A stretch of 64,000 bases of DNA from a bacterium (lineage in GTDB: Bacteria; UBA10199; 2-02-FULL-44-16; JAAZCA01): NCBI GenBank assembly GCA_041648665.1, contig JBAZOP010000003.1, forward strand, positions 69,082 through 133,081, in the 5' to 3' direction. The position numbers and the translations under genes were made by a program. Of this stretch, positions 62,533 to 64,000 are shown one piece after another. Positions within the stretch are counted from its first letter, which is position 1. Each line of letters starts with the position of its first letter. Under the pieces are notes generated by a model. The model did no database searches, had not been told where the DNA came from, and saw only the letters and a program-made list of their open reading frames with translations.

Positions 62533-63029
62533 GTGCAGCCCTGCTTGATGTAGCGGACGAGCTGGTCCATCGTCCTGAGCGCGGATCGCTGACAGACGTA
62601 GAAGTTCTCGTCGATGTTGCGTACCCGATCGTGTTTGGCCACGATCCGGAAAAACGTCTTGGTTTGACTGTTGATCGCGAGCATCGCTCCGGTGATCTGG
62701 CTGACGAACACGTAGGCGACCGGCGGGGGCTTCTTCGCATCGTAGCCCGCAACGGTGTCTACAAAGGGTTCGTCGTAGGGGAAGTCGGCAGCGCAGGTGA
62801 ACCGCTCCCCGCGGCTCTTGATCTCGATGACGTGCCCATCAACGATCAGGTCGGTATCGGACTTCGTCCACCGGCTCGCTTCCGATACGTCCTGCCGCAC
62901 CGTTAGGTTGGGGATCTCGACGGCGAGCCCCGAGCACCGGAAGAAGACGGCGGGCAGGTGCTGCCACGCGTAGCCCTTCTTCAGCTGATCGAAGAACAGC
63001 GCGTCGTTCGAGAACCAGTCCTCGCTCAC
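62529..63029 (-). CDS. PD-(D/E)xK-like nuclease-fold protein (tentative)
   Basis: DLIVDGHVIEIKS pattern; ATGA overlap. Confidence 0.45.
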   Translation of the reverse strand: MSEDWFSNDALFFDQLKKGYAWQHLPAVFFRCSGLAVEIPNLTVRQDVSEASRWTKSDTDLIVDGHVIEIKSRGERFTCAADFPYDEPFVDTVAGYDAKKPPPVAYVFVSQITGAMLAINSQTKTFFRIVAKHDRVRNIDENFYVCQRSALRTMDQLVRYIKQGCT

Positions 63030-63478
63030 AACGAGCCTTCGCGCACACGTCGGAGCGTGTCCCCGATCTGTTGCTGCAAAGCGATCGATTCTACCCGGAG
63101 CGCTTCATACTTCGCCATGAGAACGCCGAGATCGGACGGCGCGTCCGTCTGGTCGTTGTTGTACCGGCATGTCGAATCAGGCTCTGATCGGAACCACTTC
63201 TGGACGGCCTCCATCCATTCACCGCGGCACCCCTTGCACACGCGCATCGAGAACAGGCCATACGTCGTCGCCTGTTCCTCCCACTTGTACGGAGGAGCCT
63301 CGAACTCCGCACAGCCGAACTTCGGGTCGTCACCGCAGGACTTCACGACGACGCCATGCAGCCCGATCGGCATCAGAGGGATGCCAAGCTCGCGCATATC
63401 GTAGAAGCACGCCATGCACAACGTGCGCCTGTCCGTGCCGATGCTCCCGCAGCGTTCGCACTTCTCGCCTTCGCTCAC
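63026..63478 (-). CDS. zinc-ribbon protein (~150 aa)
   Basis: GTG start with GTGA overlap; CERCG...CMAC motifs. Confidence 0.45.
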   Translation of the reverse strand: MSEGEKCERCGSIGTDRRTLCMACFYDMRELGIPLMPIGLHGVVVKSCGDDPKFGCAEFEAPPYKWEEQATTYGLFSMRVCKGCRGEWMEAVQKWFRSEPDSTCRYNNDQTDAPSDLGVLMAKYEALRVESIALQQQIGDTLRRVREGSL

Positions 63479-63888
63479 GGCTTTTCTCCTTCTGGCACCT
63501 TGTGCGCCTGAACCTTGCACGACGTGAACCACTGCGGCCTGAGATTGTACTTGTCGAGCCACGTGTTCCAGGTGGCTTCGAGCATCGCGTCGAGATCCTC
63601 CATCTCCCCGCGCGGAACATCGTCGAGCCACGTCTCTACCCAGTCGGCTCCGAGTGTGTCGTCGCAGGCGCGCTCTTGTGCATCCTCGATCACGCGGTCC
63701 GCAACGGGTGGATACGTTTCGGTCGTGTAGTCAGCCTCGCACGTCCAGAAGTTGTCGCCGGGCTCCAGATCGAACTCCGCGACGGCTGCGGCCATGGCCT
63801 CCTCGCGCGTGTCGAACGGGCCGCACGAAAACGACTCCTCGCTGTCGCTGGCCCAAAACGAAGGTTTCGATTCTGTCTTGTCTGCCAT
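63475..63888 (-). CDS. acidic hypothetical protein (137 aa)
   Basis: ORF track entry; protein-like translation. Confidence 0.5.
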   Translation of the reverse strand: MADKTESKPSFWASDSEESFSCGPFDTREEAMAAAVAEFDLEPGDNFWTCEADYTTETYPPVADRVIEDAQERACDDTLGADWVETWLDDVPRGEMEDLDAMLEATWNTWLDKYNLRPQWFTSCKVQAHKVPEGEKP

Positions 63889-64000
63889 TGCTCAATACTC
63901 CGTAGTGCAAAGGTATCCGCGTCCATCCGACTGGCACCACTCCGCACACGTCTTGCGCGGGTGGCCGACTGGGCAGTCATCGTAGTGGCCGTTCGGACCT

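Overview
High-GC (~65%) 64 kb segment with the character of a temperate phage or integrative mobile element, from an unidentified host. At the left edge is a very large tyrosine-recombinase-like gene (minus strand, runs off the window). Upstream of it lies a ~26 kb leftward array of more than 40 small, tightly packed genes, many joined by ATGA/GTGA stop-start overlaps. Recognisable products in this array include an SNF2 helicase, a ParB-like nuclease, a DUF2786 protein and a MazG-like protein; most of the rest are zinc-ribbon ORFans. The array is followed by a ~1.2 kb non-coding hub at 26.1-27.37 kb, carrying a tRNA-like T-arm hairpin and iteron-like repeats. A second leftward array (27.4-45.25 kb) contains a Dam methylase, an XRE regulator, a peptidoglycan-binding protein, a retropepsin-like protease and an IsrB OMEGA element. 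A compact face-to-face promoter switch at ~45.25 kb drives a rightward operon of small Cys-rich proteins (45.27-50.08 kb). Next is a glycan-modification island (50.1-55.8 kb) with four SAM methyltransferases, two glycosyltransferases and a truncated UDP-sugar dehydrogenase. An IS607-type tnpA/tnpB element follows (56.2-57.9 kb), then a lysis-like module with an SLT transglycosylase, SGNH hydrolases and a large Cys-rich secreted protein. No capsid, portal, terminase or tail genes were recognised. The most striking feature is a family of at least 16 intercistronic elements between 18.2 and 26.2 kb. Each consists of one or two GC-rich hairpins of variable sequence followed by a ~20-nt conserved start-associated sequence (5'-CAAGCAGGAGCAAGTCA-ATG on the coding strand). 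Several hairpin modules are exactly duplicated between non-adjacent elements, and a family of related sigma70-like promoters shares an ATGGTTA core. Coordinates of regulatory elements are approximate (+/- 2 nt). The supplied ORF track evidently accepts GTG/TTG starts and extends ORFs upstream through antisense R-rich sequence, so many starts were trimmed to the SD/SAS-adjacent start codon.
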